A DNA stretch of 34,370 nt from Octopus bimaculoides (taxonomy: Eukaryota): positions 73,580,349 to 73,614,718 of the forward strand of contig NC_068983.1 in assembly GCF_001194135.2 (NCBI RefSeq), read 5' to 3'. The notes beneath the pieces are model-generated. The model saw only the letters and a list, made by a program, of their open reading frames with translations, had not been told where the DNA came from and made no database searches. A program made the translations under genes and the position numbers. Of this stretch, positions 34,328 through 34,370 are shown piece after piece; position 1 is the first letter of the stretch, and each line of letters opens with the position of its first letter.

Positions 34328-34370
<43 letters not shown>
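34240..34370. repeat. Compound (GT)/(CA)/(TA) microsatellite
   Basis: Seen directly. Confidence 0.95.

Overview
AT-rich eukaryotic non-coding DNA (intron or intergenic) from a gapped scaffold with eight N-runs (1568-1577, 7878-8620, 12496-13323, 14459-15366, 17291-17588, 18370-19243, 28187-28196, 31831-31840). The repeat families match those I recall from Octopus genomes; that assignment is from memory, not from a search. I found no intact host gene, RNA gene or CRISPR array. Most long ORFs in the track are microsatellite or N artefacts, and the recognisable protein remnants are dead transposases or LINE fragments. Contents: three DD34D mariner fossils (one full length with 40-bp TIRs and TA TSD); a Chapaev3-type (CMC) fossil with two right ends; a Buster/Charlie-type hAT transposase fossil at about 13.95-16.96 kb, split by a Merlin-like MITE (87-bp TIRs, 8-bp TSD) and a SINE plus gap; CR1, RTE and LINE-ORF1 remnants; at least four tRNA-derived SINE types, several with TSDs; and many microsatellites. 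The features least explained by these are three unrelated 83-106 nt hairpins, the duplicated Chapaev3 end with its flank, and recurrent 14-20 bp tandem duplications or triplications. I see no convincing new biological system; the findings are mostly transposon history plus hairpin RNA candidates.
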